Assembly (NCBI GenBank): GCA_951406725.2
Contig: OX597827.1
Coordinates: 64,418,001-64,482,000 of the forward strand
From: Octopus vulgaris
Taxonomy: Eukaryota
Length of the DNA stretch: 64,000 bases
Direction: 5' to 3'
A model generated the notes under the pieces. That model had not been told where the DNA came from and made no database searches. It saw only the letters and a program-made list of their open reading frames with translations. Positions 39,301 to 51,336 of the stretch are shown here, in pieces. Both the position numbers and the translations under genes were made by a program. Positions within the stretch are counted from its first letter, which is position 1, and every line of letters starts with the position of its first letter.

Positions 39301-42300
39301 CTCCCCTTCACCTTCAAATCCCCCTCTCTGGAATGTTCAATATTCCTTCCTCCCCATCCTCCACTTCACCTTCAAATCCCCTCTCTGGAATGTTCAATAT
39401 TCCTTCCTCCCCTTCCTCTCCCTTCTCCTTCAAATCCCCCTCTCTGGAATGTTCAATATATCTTCCTCCCCTTCCTCCCCTTCACCTTCAAATCCCCCTC
39501 TCTGGAATGTTCAATATTCCTTCCTTCCCATTCCTCCCCTTTACCTTCAAATCCCCCTCTCTGGAATGTTCAACATTCATTCCTCCCCTTCCCTTCACCT
39601 TCAAATCCCCCTCTCTGGAATGTTCAATATTCCTTCCTCCCCTTCCTCCCCTTCACCTTCAAATCCCCCTCTGGAATGTTCAATATTCTTTTCTCACCTT
39701 CCTCCCCATTACCTTCAAATCCCCCTCTCTGGAATGTTCAATATTCCTTCCTCACCTTCCTCCCCTTCACCTTCAAATCCCCCTCTCTGGAATGTTCAAT
39801 ATTCCTTCTTCCCATTCCTCCCCTTTACCTTGAAATCCCCCTCTCTGGAATGTTCAATATTCCTTCTTCCCATTCCTCCCCTTCACCTTCAAATCCCCTC
39901 TCTGGAATGTTCAATATTCCTTCCTTCCCATTCCTTACCTTCACCTTCAAATCCCCCTCTCTGGAATGTTCAATATTCCTTCCTCCCCTTCCTTCCCCTT
40001 CACCTTCAAATCCCCCTCTCTGGAATGTTCAATATTCCCTCCTCATTTTCCTCACCTTCACCTTCAAATCCCCCTCTCTGGAATGTTCAATAATCCTTCC
40101 TCCCCTTCCTCCCCTTCACCTTCAAATCCCCCTCTCTGGAATGTTCAATATTCCTTCTTCTCATTCCTCCCCTTTACCTTCAAATCCCCCTCTCTGGAAT
40201 GTTCAATATTCCTTCCTCCCCTTCCTCCCCTTCACCTTCAAATCCCGCTCTCTGGAATGTTCAATATTCCTTCCTCCCTTTCCTCCCCTTCACCTTCAAA
40301 TCCCCCTCCCTTGAATGTTCAATATTCCTTCCTACCCTTCCTCCCCTTTCACCTTCAAATCCCCTCTCTGGAATGTTCAATATTCCTTCCTCCCGTTCCT
40401 CCCCTTCACCTTCAAATCCCCCCTCTCTGGAATGTTCAATATTCCTTCCTCCCGTTCCTCCCCTTCACCTTCAAATCTCCCTCTCTGGAATGTTCAATAT
40501 TCCTTCCTCCACTTTCTCCCCTTCACCTTCAAATCCCTTTCTCTCGAATGTTCAATATTCCTTCCTCCCGTTCCTCCCCTTCTCATTCACATCCCCGTCT
40601 CTGGAATGTTCAATATTCCTTCTTCCCATTCCTCACTTTCACCTTCAAATCCCTCTCTCTGGAATGTTCAATATTCCTTCCTCCCATTCCTCCCTTCACC
40701 TTCAAATCCCCCTCTCTGGAATGTTCAATATTCCTTCCTCCCGTTCCTCCCCTTCACCTTCAAATCCCCCTCTCTGGAATGTTCAATATTCCTTCTTCCC
40801 ATTCCTCCACTTCACCTTCAAATCCCCCTTTCTGGAATGTTCAATATTCCTTCTTCCCATTCCTCCCCTTCACCTTCAAATCCCCCTCTCTGGAATGTTC
40901 AATATTCCTTCTTTCCATTCCTCCCCTTTACCTTCAAATCCCCCTGTCTGGAATGTTCAATATTCCTTCTTCCCATTCCTCCCCTTTACCTTCAAATCCC
41001 CCTCTCTGGAATGTTCAATATTCCTTCTTCCCATTCCTCACCTTTACCTTGAATTACCCGTCTCTGGAATGTTCAATATTCCTTCTTCCCATTCCTCCCC
41101 TTTAACTTCAAATCCCCCTCTCTGGAATGTTCAATATTCCTTCCTCCCGTTCCTCCCCTTCACCTTCAAATCCCCCTCTCTTGAATGTTCAATATTCCTT
41201 CCGTTCCTTTCCTCCCCTTCACCTTCAAATCCCCCTCTTTGGAATGTTCAATATTCCTTCCTCCCATTCCTCCCCTTCACCTTCAAATCCCCCCTCTCTG
41301 GAATGTTCAATATTCCTTCCTCCCCTTCCTCCCCTTCACCTTCAAATCCCCCTCTCTGGAAAGTTCAATATTCCTTCCTCCCCATCATCCACTTCACCTT
41401 CAAATCCCCCTCTCTGGAATGTTCAATATTCCTTCCTCCCCTTCCTCTCCTTCTCCTTCAAATCCCCCTCTCTGGAATGTTCAATATTCCTTCCTCCCCT
41501 TCCTCCCCTTCACCTTCAAATCCCCCTCTCTGGAATGTTCAATATTCCTTCCTTCCCATTCCTCCACTTTACCTTCAAATCCCCCTCTCTGGAATGTTCA
41601 ATATTCATTCCTCCACTTCCCTTCACCTTCAAATCCCCCTATCTGGAATGTTCAATATTCCTTCCTCCCCTTCCTCCCCTTCACCTTCAAATCCCCCTCT
41701 CAGGAATGTTCAATATTCTTCCTCTCACCTTCTTCCCCTTCACCTTCAAATCCCCCTCTCTGGAATGTTCAATATTCCTTCCTCCCGTTCCTCCCCTTCA
41801 CCTTCAAATCTCCCTCTCTGGAATGTTCAATATTCCTTCCTCCCGTTCCTCCCCTTCACCTTCAAATCCCCCTCTCTGGAATGTTCAATATTCCTTCCTA
41901 CCGTTCCTCCCCTTCACCTTCAAATCCCACTCTCTGGAATGTTGAATATTCCTTCCTCCCCTTCCTCCCCTTCACCTTCAAATCCCCCTATCTGGAATGT
42001 TCAATATTCCTTCTTCCCATTCCTCCCCTTTACCTTCAAACCCCCTCTCTGGAATGTTCAATATTCCTTCCTCCCTTCCTTCCCATTCACCTTCAAATCC
42101 CCCGCTCTGGAATGTTCAATATTCCTTCTTCCTATTCCTCCCCTTTACCTTCAAATCGCCCTCTCTGGAATGTTCAATATTCCTTCTTCCCATTCCTCCC
42201 CTTCACCTTCAAATCCCCCCTCTGGAATGTTCAATATTCCTTCTTCCCATGCCTCCCCTTCACCTTCAAATCCCCCTCTCTGGAATATTCAATATTCATT

Positions 42301-45300
42301 CTTCCCATTCCGCACCTTTAACTTCAAATCCCCCTCTAGAAATGTTCAATATTCCTTCCTCCCCTTCCTCCCCTTCACCTTCAAATCCCCCTCTCTGGAA
42401 TGTTCAATATTCCTTCCTCTACTTCCTCCCCTTCACCTTCAAATCCCCCTCTCTGGAATGTTCAATATTCCTTCTTCCCATTCCTCCCCTTTACCTTCAA
42501 ATCCTCCTCTCTTGAATGTTCAATATTCGTTCTTCCCATTCCTCCCTTTTACCTTCAAATCCCCCTCTCTGGAATGTTCAATATTCCTTCCTCCCCTTCC
42601 CTTAACCTTCAAATCCCCCTCTCTGGAATGTTCAATATTCCTTCCAACACTTCCACCCTATTCCTTCAAATCCCCCGCTCTAGAATGTTCAATATTCCTT
42701 CCTCCCCTTCACCTTCAAATCTCCCTCTCTGGAATGTTCGATATTCCTTCTTCCCATTCCTCCACTTTACCTTCAAATCCCCCTCTCTGGAATGTTCAAT
42801 ATTCCTTCTTCCCATTCCTTACCTTCACCTTCAAATCCCCTCTCTTGAATGTTCAATATTCCTACTTCCCATTCCTTAAATACACCTTCAAATCCCCCTA
42901 TCTGGAATGTTCAATATTCCTTCTTCCTTTCCTCCCCTTTACCTTGAAATCCCTCTCTCTGGAATGTTCAATATTCCTTCTTCCCATTCCTACACTTTAC
43001 CTTCAAATCCCCCTCTCTGGAATGTTCAATATTCCTTCCTTCCCATTCCTTACCTCCACCTTCAAATCCCCCTTTCTGGAATGTTCAATATTCCGCCCCT
43101 TCACCTTCAAATCCCCCTCACTGGAATGTTCAATATTCCTTCCTCCCCTTCCTCACCTTCACCTTCAAATCCCCCTCTCTGCAATGTTCAATATTCCCTC
43201 CTCATTTTCCTCACCTTCACCTTCAAATCCCCCTCTCTGGAATCTTCAATATTCCTTCCTCCCCTTCCTCCCCTTCACCTTCAAATCACGCTCTCTGGAA
43301 TGTTCAATATTCCATCTTCCCATTCCTCACCTTTACCTTCAAATCCTCCTCTCTGGAATGTTCAATATTCCTTCCTCCCCTTCCTCCACTTCAACTTCAA
43401 ATCCCGCTCTCTGGAATGTTCAATATTTCTTCCTCCCATTCCTCCCCTTCACCTTCAAATCCCCCTCTCTGGAATGTTCAATATTCCTTCCTAACCTTCC
43501 TCCCCTTCACCTTCAAATCCCCCTATCTAGAATGTTGAATATTCCTTCCTCCCCTTCGTCCCCTTCACCTTCAAATCCCGCTCTCTGGAATGTTCAATAT
43601 TCCTTATTCCTATTCCTCCCCTTTACCTTCAAATCCCCCTCTCTGGAATGTTCAATATTCCTTCTTCCCATTCCTCCACTTTACCTTCAAAACCCCCTCT
43701 CTGGAATGTTCAATATTCCTTCTTCCCATGCCTCCCCTTCACCTTCAAATCCCCCTCTCTGGAATGTTCAATATTCATTCTTCCCATTCCTCCCCTTTAC
43801 CTTCAAATCCCCCTCTCTGGAATGTTCAATATTCCTTCTTCCCATTCCTTCCTATTCACCTTCAAATCCCCCTCTCTGGAATGTTCAATATTCCTTCTTC
43901 CCATTCCTCCCCTTTACCTTGAATTCCCCATCTCTGGAATGTTCAATATTCCTTCTTCCCATTCCTCCCCTTCACCTTCAAATCCCCCTCTCTGGAATGT
44001 TCAGTATTCCTTCTTCCCATTCCTTACCTTCACCTTCAAATCCCCTCTCTGGAATGTTCAATATTCCTACTTCCCATTCCTTAAATTCACCTTCAAGTCC
44101 CCTATCTGGAATGTTCAATATTCCTTCTTCCCATTCCTCCCCTTTACCTTGAAATCCCCCTCTCTGGAATGTTCAATATTCCTTCCTTCCCATTCCTACA
44201 CTTTACCTTCAAATCCCCCTCTCTGGAATTTTCAATATTCCTTCCTTCCCATTCCTTACCTTCACCTTCAAATCCCCCTCTCTGGAATGTTCAATATTCC
44301 TTCCCCCCCTTCCTCCCCTTCACCTTCAAACCCCCACTCTGGAATGTTCAATATTCCTTCCTTCCCATTCCTTACCTTCACCTTCAAATCCCCCTCTCTG
44401 GAATGTTCAATATTCCTTCTTCCCATTCCTCCCAGTTACCTTCAAATCCCCCTCTCTGGAATGTTCAATATTCCTTCCTCCAGTTCCTCCCCTTCACCTT
44501 CAAATCCCCCTCTCTGGAATTTTCAATATTCCCTCCTCATTTTCCTCACCTTCACCCTTCAAATCCCCCTCTCTGGAATGTTCAATATTCCTTCCTCCCC
44601 TTCCTCCCCATTCACCTTCAAATCACGCTCTCTGGAATGTTCAATATTCCTTCCTCCCATTCCTCCCCTTCACCTTCAAATCCTCCTCTCTGGAATGTTC
44701 AATATTCCTTCCTCCCCTTCCTCCACTTCACCTTCAAATCCCGCTCTCTGGAATGTTCAATATTTCTTCCTCCCATTCCTCCCCTTCCACCTTCAAATCC
44801 CCCTCCCTGGAATGTTCAATATTCCTTCCTACCCCTTCCTCCCCTTCACCTTCAAATCCCACTCTCTGGAATGTTGAATATTCCTTCCTCTCCTTCCTCC
44901 CCTTCACCTTCAAATACCCCTCTCTGGAATGTTCAATATTCCCTCCTCCCCTTCACCTTCAAATCCCCCTCACTGGAATGTTCAATATTCCTTCTTCCGA
45001 TTCCTTACATTCACCTTCAAATCCCCCGCTCTGGAATGTTCAATATTCCTTCTTCCCATTCCTCCCCTTTACCTTCAAATCCCCCTCTCAGGAATGTTCA
45101 ATATTCCTTCTTCCCATTCCTCCAAGTTACCTTCAAAACCGCCTCTCTGGAATGTTCAATATTCCTTCTTCCCATGCCTCCCCTTCACCTTCAAATCCCC
45201 TCTCTGGAATGTTCAATATTCCTTCTTCCCATTCCTCCCCTTTACCTTCAAATCCCCCTCTCTGGAATGTTCAATATTCCTTCTTCCCATTCCTTACCTT

Positions 45301-48300
45301 CACCTTCAAATCCCCCTCTCTGGAATGTTCAATATTCCTTCTTCCCATTCCTCCCCTTTACCTTCAATTCCCCCTCTCTGGAATGTTCAATATTCCTTCT
45401 TCCTATTCCGCACATTTAACTTCAAATTCCCCTCTCTGGAATGTTCAATATTCCTTCCTCCCCTTCCTCCCCTTAACCTTCAAATCCCCTCTCTGGAATG
45501 TTCAATATTCCTTCCTCTCCCTTCCTCCCCTTCACCTTCAAATCCCCCTCTCTGGAATGTTCAATATTCCTTCTTCCCCTTCCTCCCCTTTACCTTCAAA
45601 TCCCCCTCTCTGGAATGTTCAATATTCATTCTTCCCATTCCTCCCCTTTACCTTCAAATCCCCCTCTCTGGAATGTTCAATATTCCTTCTTCCCCTTCCT
45701 CCCCTTCACCTTCAAATCCCCCTCTCTGGAATGTTCAATATTCCTTCCTCCCCTTCCCTTCACCTTCAAATCCCCCTCTCTGGAATGTTTAATATTCCTT
45801 CTTCCCCTTCCTCCCCTTCACCTTCAAATCCCCCTCTCTGGAATGTTCAATATTCCTTCCACCCCTTCCCCCTACTCCTTCAAATACGCCTCTCTAGAAT
45901 GTTCAATATTCCTTCCTCCCCTTCCTCCCCTTCACCTTCAAATCTCCCTCTCTGGAATGTTCAATATTCCTTCTTCCCATTCCTCCCCTTTACCTTCAAA
46001 TCCCCCTCTCTGGAATGTTCAATATTCCTTCTTCCCATTCCCCTTCACCTTCAAATCCCCCTCTCTGGAATGTTCAATATTCCTACTTCCCATTCCTTAC
46101 ATTCACCTTCAAATCCCCCTATCTGGAATGTTCAATATTCCTTCTTCCCATTCCCCCCTTTACCTTGAAATCCCCCTCTCTGGAATGTTCAATATTCCTT
46201 CTTCCCATTCCTAACCTTTACCTTCAAATCCCCCTCTCTGGAATGTTCAATATTCCTTCCTTCCCATTCCTTACCTTCACCTTCAAATCCCCCTCTCTGG
46301 AATGTTCAATATTCCGCCCCTTCACCTTCAAATCCCCCTCTCTGGAATGTTCAATATTCCTTCCTCCCCTTCCTCCCCTTCACCTTCAAATCCCCCTCTC
46401 TGGAATGTTCAATATTCCTTCCTCATTTTCCTCACCTTCACCTTCAAATCCCCCTCTCTGGAATGTTCAATATTCCTTCCTCCTCTTCCTCCCCTTCACC
46501 TTCAAATCCCCCTCCCTGGAATGTTCAATATTCCTTCTACACATTCCTCCCCTTTACCTTCAAATCCCCCTCTCTGGAATGTTCAATATTCCTTCCTCCC
46601 CTTCCTCCACTTCACCTTCAAATCCCCCTCCCTGGAATGTTCATTATTCCTTCCTCCCCTTCACCTTCAAATCCCCCTCTCTGGAATGTTCAATATTCCT
46701 TCCTCTCCTTCCTCCCCTTCACCTTCAAATCCCCCTCTCTGGAATGTTCAATATTCCTTCTTCCCATTCCTACCCTTTACCTTCAAATCCCCCTCTCTGG
46801 AATGTTCAATATTCCTTCTTCCCATTCCTCCCCTTCACCTTCAAATCCCCCTCTCTGGAATGTTCAATATTCCTTCCTCGCCTTCCCTTCACCTTCAAAT
46901 CCCCCTCTCTGGAATGTTTAATATTCCTTCTTCCCCTTCCTCCCCTTCACCTTCAAATCCCCCTCTCTGGAATGTTCAATATTCCTTCCAACCCTTCCCC
47001 CTACTCCTTCAAATCCCCCTCTCTAGAATGTTCAATATTCCTTCCACCCCTTCCTCCCCTTCACCTTTAAATCTCCCTCTCTGGAATGTTCAATATTCCT
47101 TCTTCCTATTCCTCCCCTTTACCTTCAAATCCCCCTCTCTGGAATGTTCAGTATTCCTTCTTCCCATTCCTTACCATCACCTTCAAATCCCCTGTCTGGA
47201 ATGTTCAATATTCCTACTTCCCATTCCTGAAATTCACCTTCAAATCCCCCTATCTGGAATGTTCAATATTCCTTCTTCCCATTCCTCGCCTTTACCCTGA
47301 AATCCCCCTCTCTGGAATGTTCAATATTCCTTCTTCCCATTCCTACCCTTTACCTTCAAATCCCCATCTCTGGAATGTTCAATATTCCTTCCTCCCATTC
47401 CTTCCCCTTCACCTTCAAATCCCCCTCTCTGGAATGTTCAATATTCCGCCCCTTCACCTTCAAATCCCCCTCTCTGGAATGTTCAATATTCCTTCCTCCC
47501 CTTCACCTTCAAATCCCCCTCTCTGCAATGTTCAATATTCCCTCCTCATTTTCCTCACCTTCACCTTCAAATCCCCCTCTCTGGAATGTTCAATATTCCT
47601 TCTTCCTATTCCTCCCCTTTACCTTCAAATCCCCCTCTCTGGAATGTTCAATATTCCTTCTTCCCATTCCTCACTTTACCTTCAAATCCCCCTCTCTGGA
47701 ATGTTCAATATTCCTTCTTCCCATTCCTCCCCTTCACCTTCAAATCCTCCTCTCTGGAATGTTCAATATTCATTCTTCCCATTCCTCATCTTTACCTTCA
47801 AATCCCCCTCTCTGGAATGTTCAATATTCCTTCTTCCCATTCCTTATATTCACCTTCAAATCCCCCTCTCTGGAATGTTCAATATTCCTTCTTCCCATTC
47901 CTCCCCTTTACCTTCAAATCCCCCTCTCTGGAATGTTCAATATTCCTTCTTCCCATTCCGCACCTTTAACTTCAAATCCCCCTCTCTGGAATGTTCAATA
48001 TTCCTTCCTCCCCTTCCTCCCCTTCACCTTCAAATCCCCCTCTCTGGAATGTTCAATATTCCTTCCTCTCCTTCCTCCCCTTCACCTTCAAATCCCCCTC
48101 TCTGGAATGTTCAATATTCCTTCCTTCCTTTCCTCCCCTTTACCTTCAAATCCCCCTCTCTGGAATGTTCAATATTCCTTCTTCCCATTCCTCCCCTTTA
48201 CCTTCAAATTCCCCTCTCTGGAATATTCAATATTCCTTCCTCCCCTTCCCTTCACCTTCAAATTTCCCTCTCTGGAATGTTCAATATTCCTTCTTCCCCT

Positions 48301-51300
48301 TCCTCCCCTTCACCTTCAAATCCCCCTCTCTGGAATGTTCAATATTCCTTCCACCCCTTCCTCCCCTACTCCTTCAAATCCCCCTCTCTGGAATGTTCAA
48401 TATTCCTTCCTCCCCTTCCTCCCCTTTACCTACAAATCCTCCTCTCTGGAATGTTCAGTATTCCTTCTTCCCATTCCTCCCCTTCACCTTCAAATCCCCT
48501 CTCTGGAATGTTCAATATTCCTACTTCCCATTCCTTACATTCACCTTCAAATCCCCCTATCTGGAATGTTCAATATTCCTTCTTCCCATTCCTCCCCTTT
48601 ACCTTCAAATCCCCCTCTCTGGAATGTTCAATATTCCTTCCTCCCATTCCTACCCTTTACCTTCAAATCCCCCTCTCTGGAATGTTCAATATTCCTTCCT
48701 TCCCATTCCTTACCTTCACCTTCAAATCCCCCTCTCTGGAATGTTCAATATTCCGACCTTTCACCTTCAAATCCCCCTCTCTGGAATGTTCAATATTCCT
48801 TCCTTCCCTTCCTCCCCTTCACCTTCAAATCCCCCTCTCTGCAATGTTCAATATTCCCTCCTCATTTTCCTCACCTTCACCTTCAAATCCCCCTCTCTGG
48901 AATGTTCAATATTCCTTCCTCCCCTTCCTCCCCTTCACCTTCAAATCACCCTCTCTGGAATGTTCAATATTCCTTCCTCCCTTCCTCCCCTTCACCTTCA
49001 AATCCCCCTCTCTGGAATGTTCAATATTCCTTCCTCCCGTTCCTCCCCTTCACCTTCAAATCCCCCTCTCTGGAATGTTCAATATTCCTTCCTCCCATTC
49101 CTCCCCTTCACCTTCAAATCCCCCTCTCTGGAATGTTCAATATTCCTTCCTCCCGTTCCTCCCCTTCACCTTCAAATCCCCCTCTCTGGAATGTTCAATA
49201 TTCCTTCCTCCCGTTCCTCCCCTTCACCTTCAAATCCCCCTCTCTGGAATGTTCAATATTCCTTCCTCCCGTTCCTCCCCTTCACCTTCAAATCCCCCTC
49301 TCTGGAATGTTCAATATTCCTTCTCCCCTTCCTCCCCTTCACCTTCAAATCCCCCCTCTGGAATGTTCAATATTCCCTCCTCCTTTTCCACCCCTTCACC
49401 TTCAAATCCCCCTCTCTGGAATGTTCAATATTCCTTCCTCCCATTCCTTCCCTTCACCTTCAAATCCCCCTCTCTGGAATGTTCAATATTCCTTCTTCCA
49501 ATTCCTCCCCTTTACCTTCAAATCCCCCTATCTGGAATGTTCAATATTCCTTCTTCCCATTCCCCCCTTTACCTTGAAATCCCCCTCACTGGAATGTTCA
49601 ATATCCCTTCTTCCCATTCCTACCCTTTACCTTCAAATCCCCCTCTCTGGAATGTTCAATATTCCTTCCTTCCCATTCCTTACCTTCACCTTCAAATCCC
49701 CCTCTCTGGAATGTTCAATATTCCTTCTTCCCATTCACCTTCAAATCCCCCTCTCTGGAATGTTCAATATTCCTTCCTTCCCTTCCTCCCCTTCACCTTC
49801 AAATCCCCCTCTCTGCAATGTTCAATATTCCTTCCTCAATTTCCTCACCTTCACCTTCAAATCCCCCTCTCTGGAATGTTCAATATTCCTTCCTCCCCTT
49901 CCTCCCCTTCACCTTCAAATCACCCTCTCTGGAATGTTCAATATTCCTTCTTCCCATACCTCCCCTTTACCTTCAAATCCCCCTCTCTGCAATGTTCAAT
50001 ATTCCTTCCTCCCCTTCCTCCACTTCACCTTCAAATCCCCCTCTCTGGAATGTTCAATATTCCTTCCTCCCGTTCCTCCCCTTCACCTTCAAATCCTCCT
50101 CCCTGGAATGTTCAATATTCCTTCCTCCCCTTCCTCCCCTTCACCGTAAAATCCCCCTCTCTGGAATGTTCAATATTCCTTCCTCCCCTTCCTCTCCTTC
50201 ACCTTCAAATCCCCCTCTCTGGAATGTTCAATATTCCTTCCTCCCCTTCCTCCCCTTCAACTTCAAATCCCCCTCTCTGGAAAGTTCAATATTCCTTTCT
50301 CCCCTTCCTCCCCTTCACCTTCAAATCCCCCCTCTGGAATGTTCAATATTCCCTCCTCCTTTTCCACCCCTTCACCTTCAAATCCCCCTCTCTGGAATGT
50401 TCAATATTCCTTCCTCCATTCCTTCCCTTCACCTTCAAATCCCCCTCTCTGGAATGTTCAATATTCGTTCTTCCAATTCCTCCCCTTTACCTTCAAATCC
50501 CCCACCCTGGAATGTTCAATATTCCTTCTTCCCATTCCTTACCTTCACCTTCAAATCCCCCTCTCTGGATTGTTCAATATTCCTTCCTCCCCTTCCTCCT
50601 CTTCACCTTCAAATCCCCCTCTCTTGAATGTTCAATATTCCTTCCTCCCCTTCCTCCCCTTCACCTTCAAATCCCCCTCTCTGGAATGTTCAATATTCCT
50701 TCCTCCACTTCCTCCCCTTCACCTTCAAATCCCCCTCTCTGGAATGTTCAATATTCCTTTTTCCAATTCCTCCCCTTTACCTTCAAATCCCCCTCTCTGG
50801 AATGTTCAATATTCCTTCATCCCATTCCTTACCTTCACCTTCAAATCCCACTCTCTGGATTGTTCAATATTCCTTCTTCCCATTCCTTACGTTCACCTTC
50901 AAATCCCCCTCTCTGGAATGTTCAATATTCCTTCTTCCCATTCCTTACCTTCACCTTCAAATTCCCCTCTCTGGAATGTTCAATAATCCTTCTTACCATT
51001 CCTCCCCTTTACCTTCAAATCCCCCTATCTGGAATGTTCAATATTCCTTCTTCCCATTCCTCCCCTTTACCTTCAAATCCTCCTCTCTGGAATGTTCAAT
51101 ATTCCTTTTTCCCATTCCTTACAATCACCTTCAAATCCCCCTCTCTGGAATGTTTAATATTCCTTCTTCCCATTCCTCCCTTTTACCTTCAAATTCCCCT
51201 CTCTGGAATGTTCAATATTCCTTCTTCCCATTCTTCCCCTTTACCTTCAAATCCCCCTCTCTGGAATGTTCAATATTCCTTCCTCCCCTTCCTCCCCGTC

Positions 51301-51331
51301 ACCTTCAAATCTGGAATGTTCAGTATTCCTT
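9311..51331 (+). repeat. 42-kb satellite array of a 58-bp monomer, consensus TGGAATGTTCAATATTCCTTCCTCCCCTTCCTCCCCTTCACCTTCAAATCCCCCTCTC (about 730 copies)
   Basis: Uninterrupted head-to-tail periodicity in a single orientation. There are two common monomer types (ttcctccccttc...ttcacc and ttcttcccattc...tttacc) plus 48-bp and 53-bp deletion variants. Copy number is length divided by 58 and is approximate. Confidence 0.98.
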
Positions 51332-51336
51332 GGACG

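Noticed and set aside
38000-50000. Biologically meaningful gradient of single-base indels and consensus-like monomers in the right part of the array
   Set aside because: Homopolymer-length changes and mosaic monomers are what low-coverage long-read consensus or mis-polishing produces, so this cannot be interpreted without the reads.
9311-51331. CRISPR-like array (conserved palindromic repeat plus variable spacer)
   Set aside because: The apparent spacers are all homologous variants of one C/T tract rather than unique sequences, there are no cas genes, and the context is eukaryotic.
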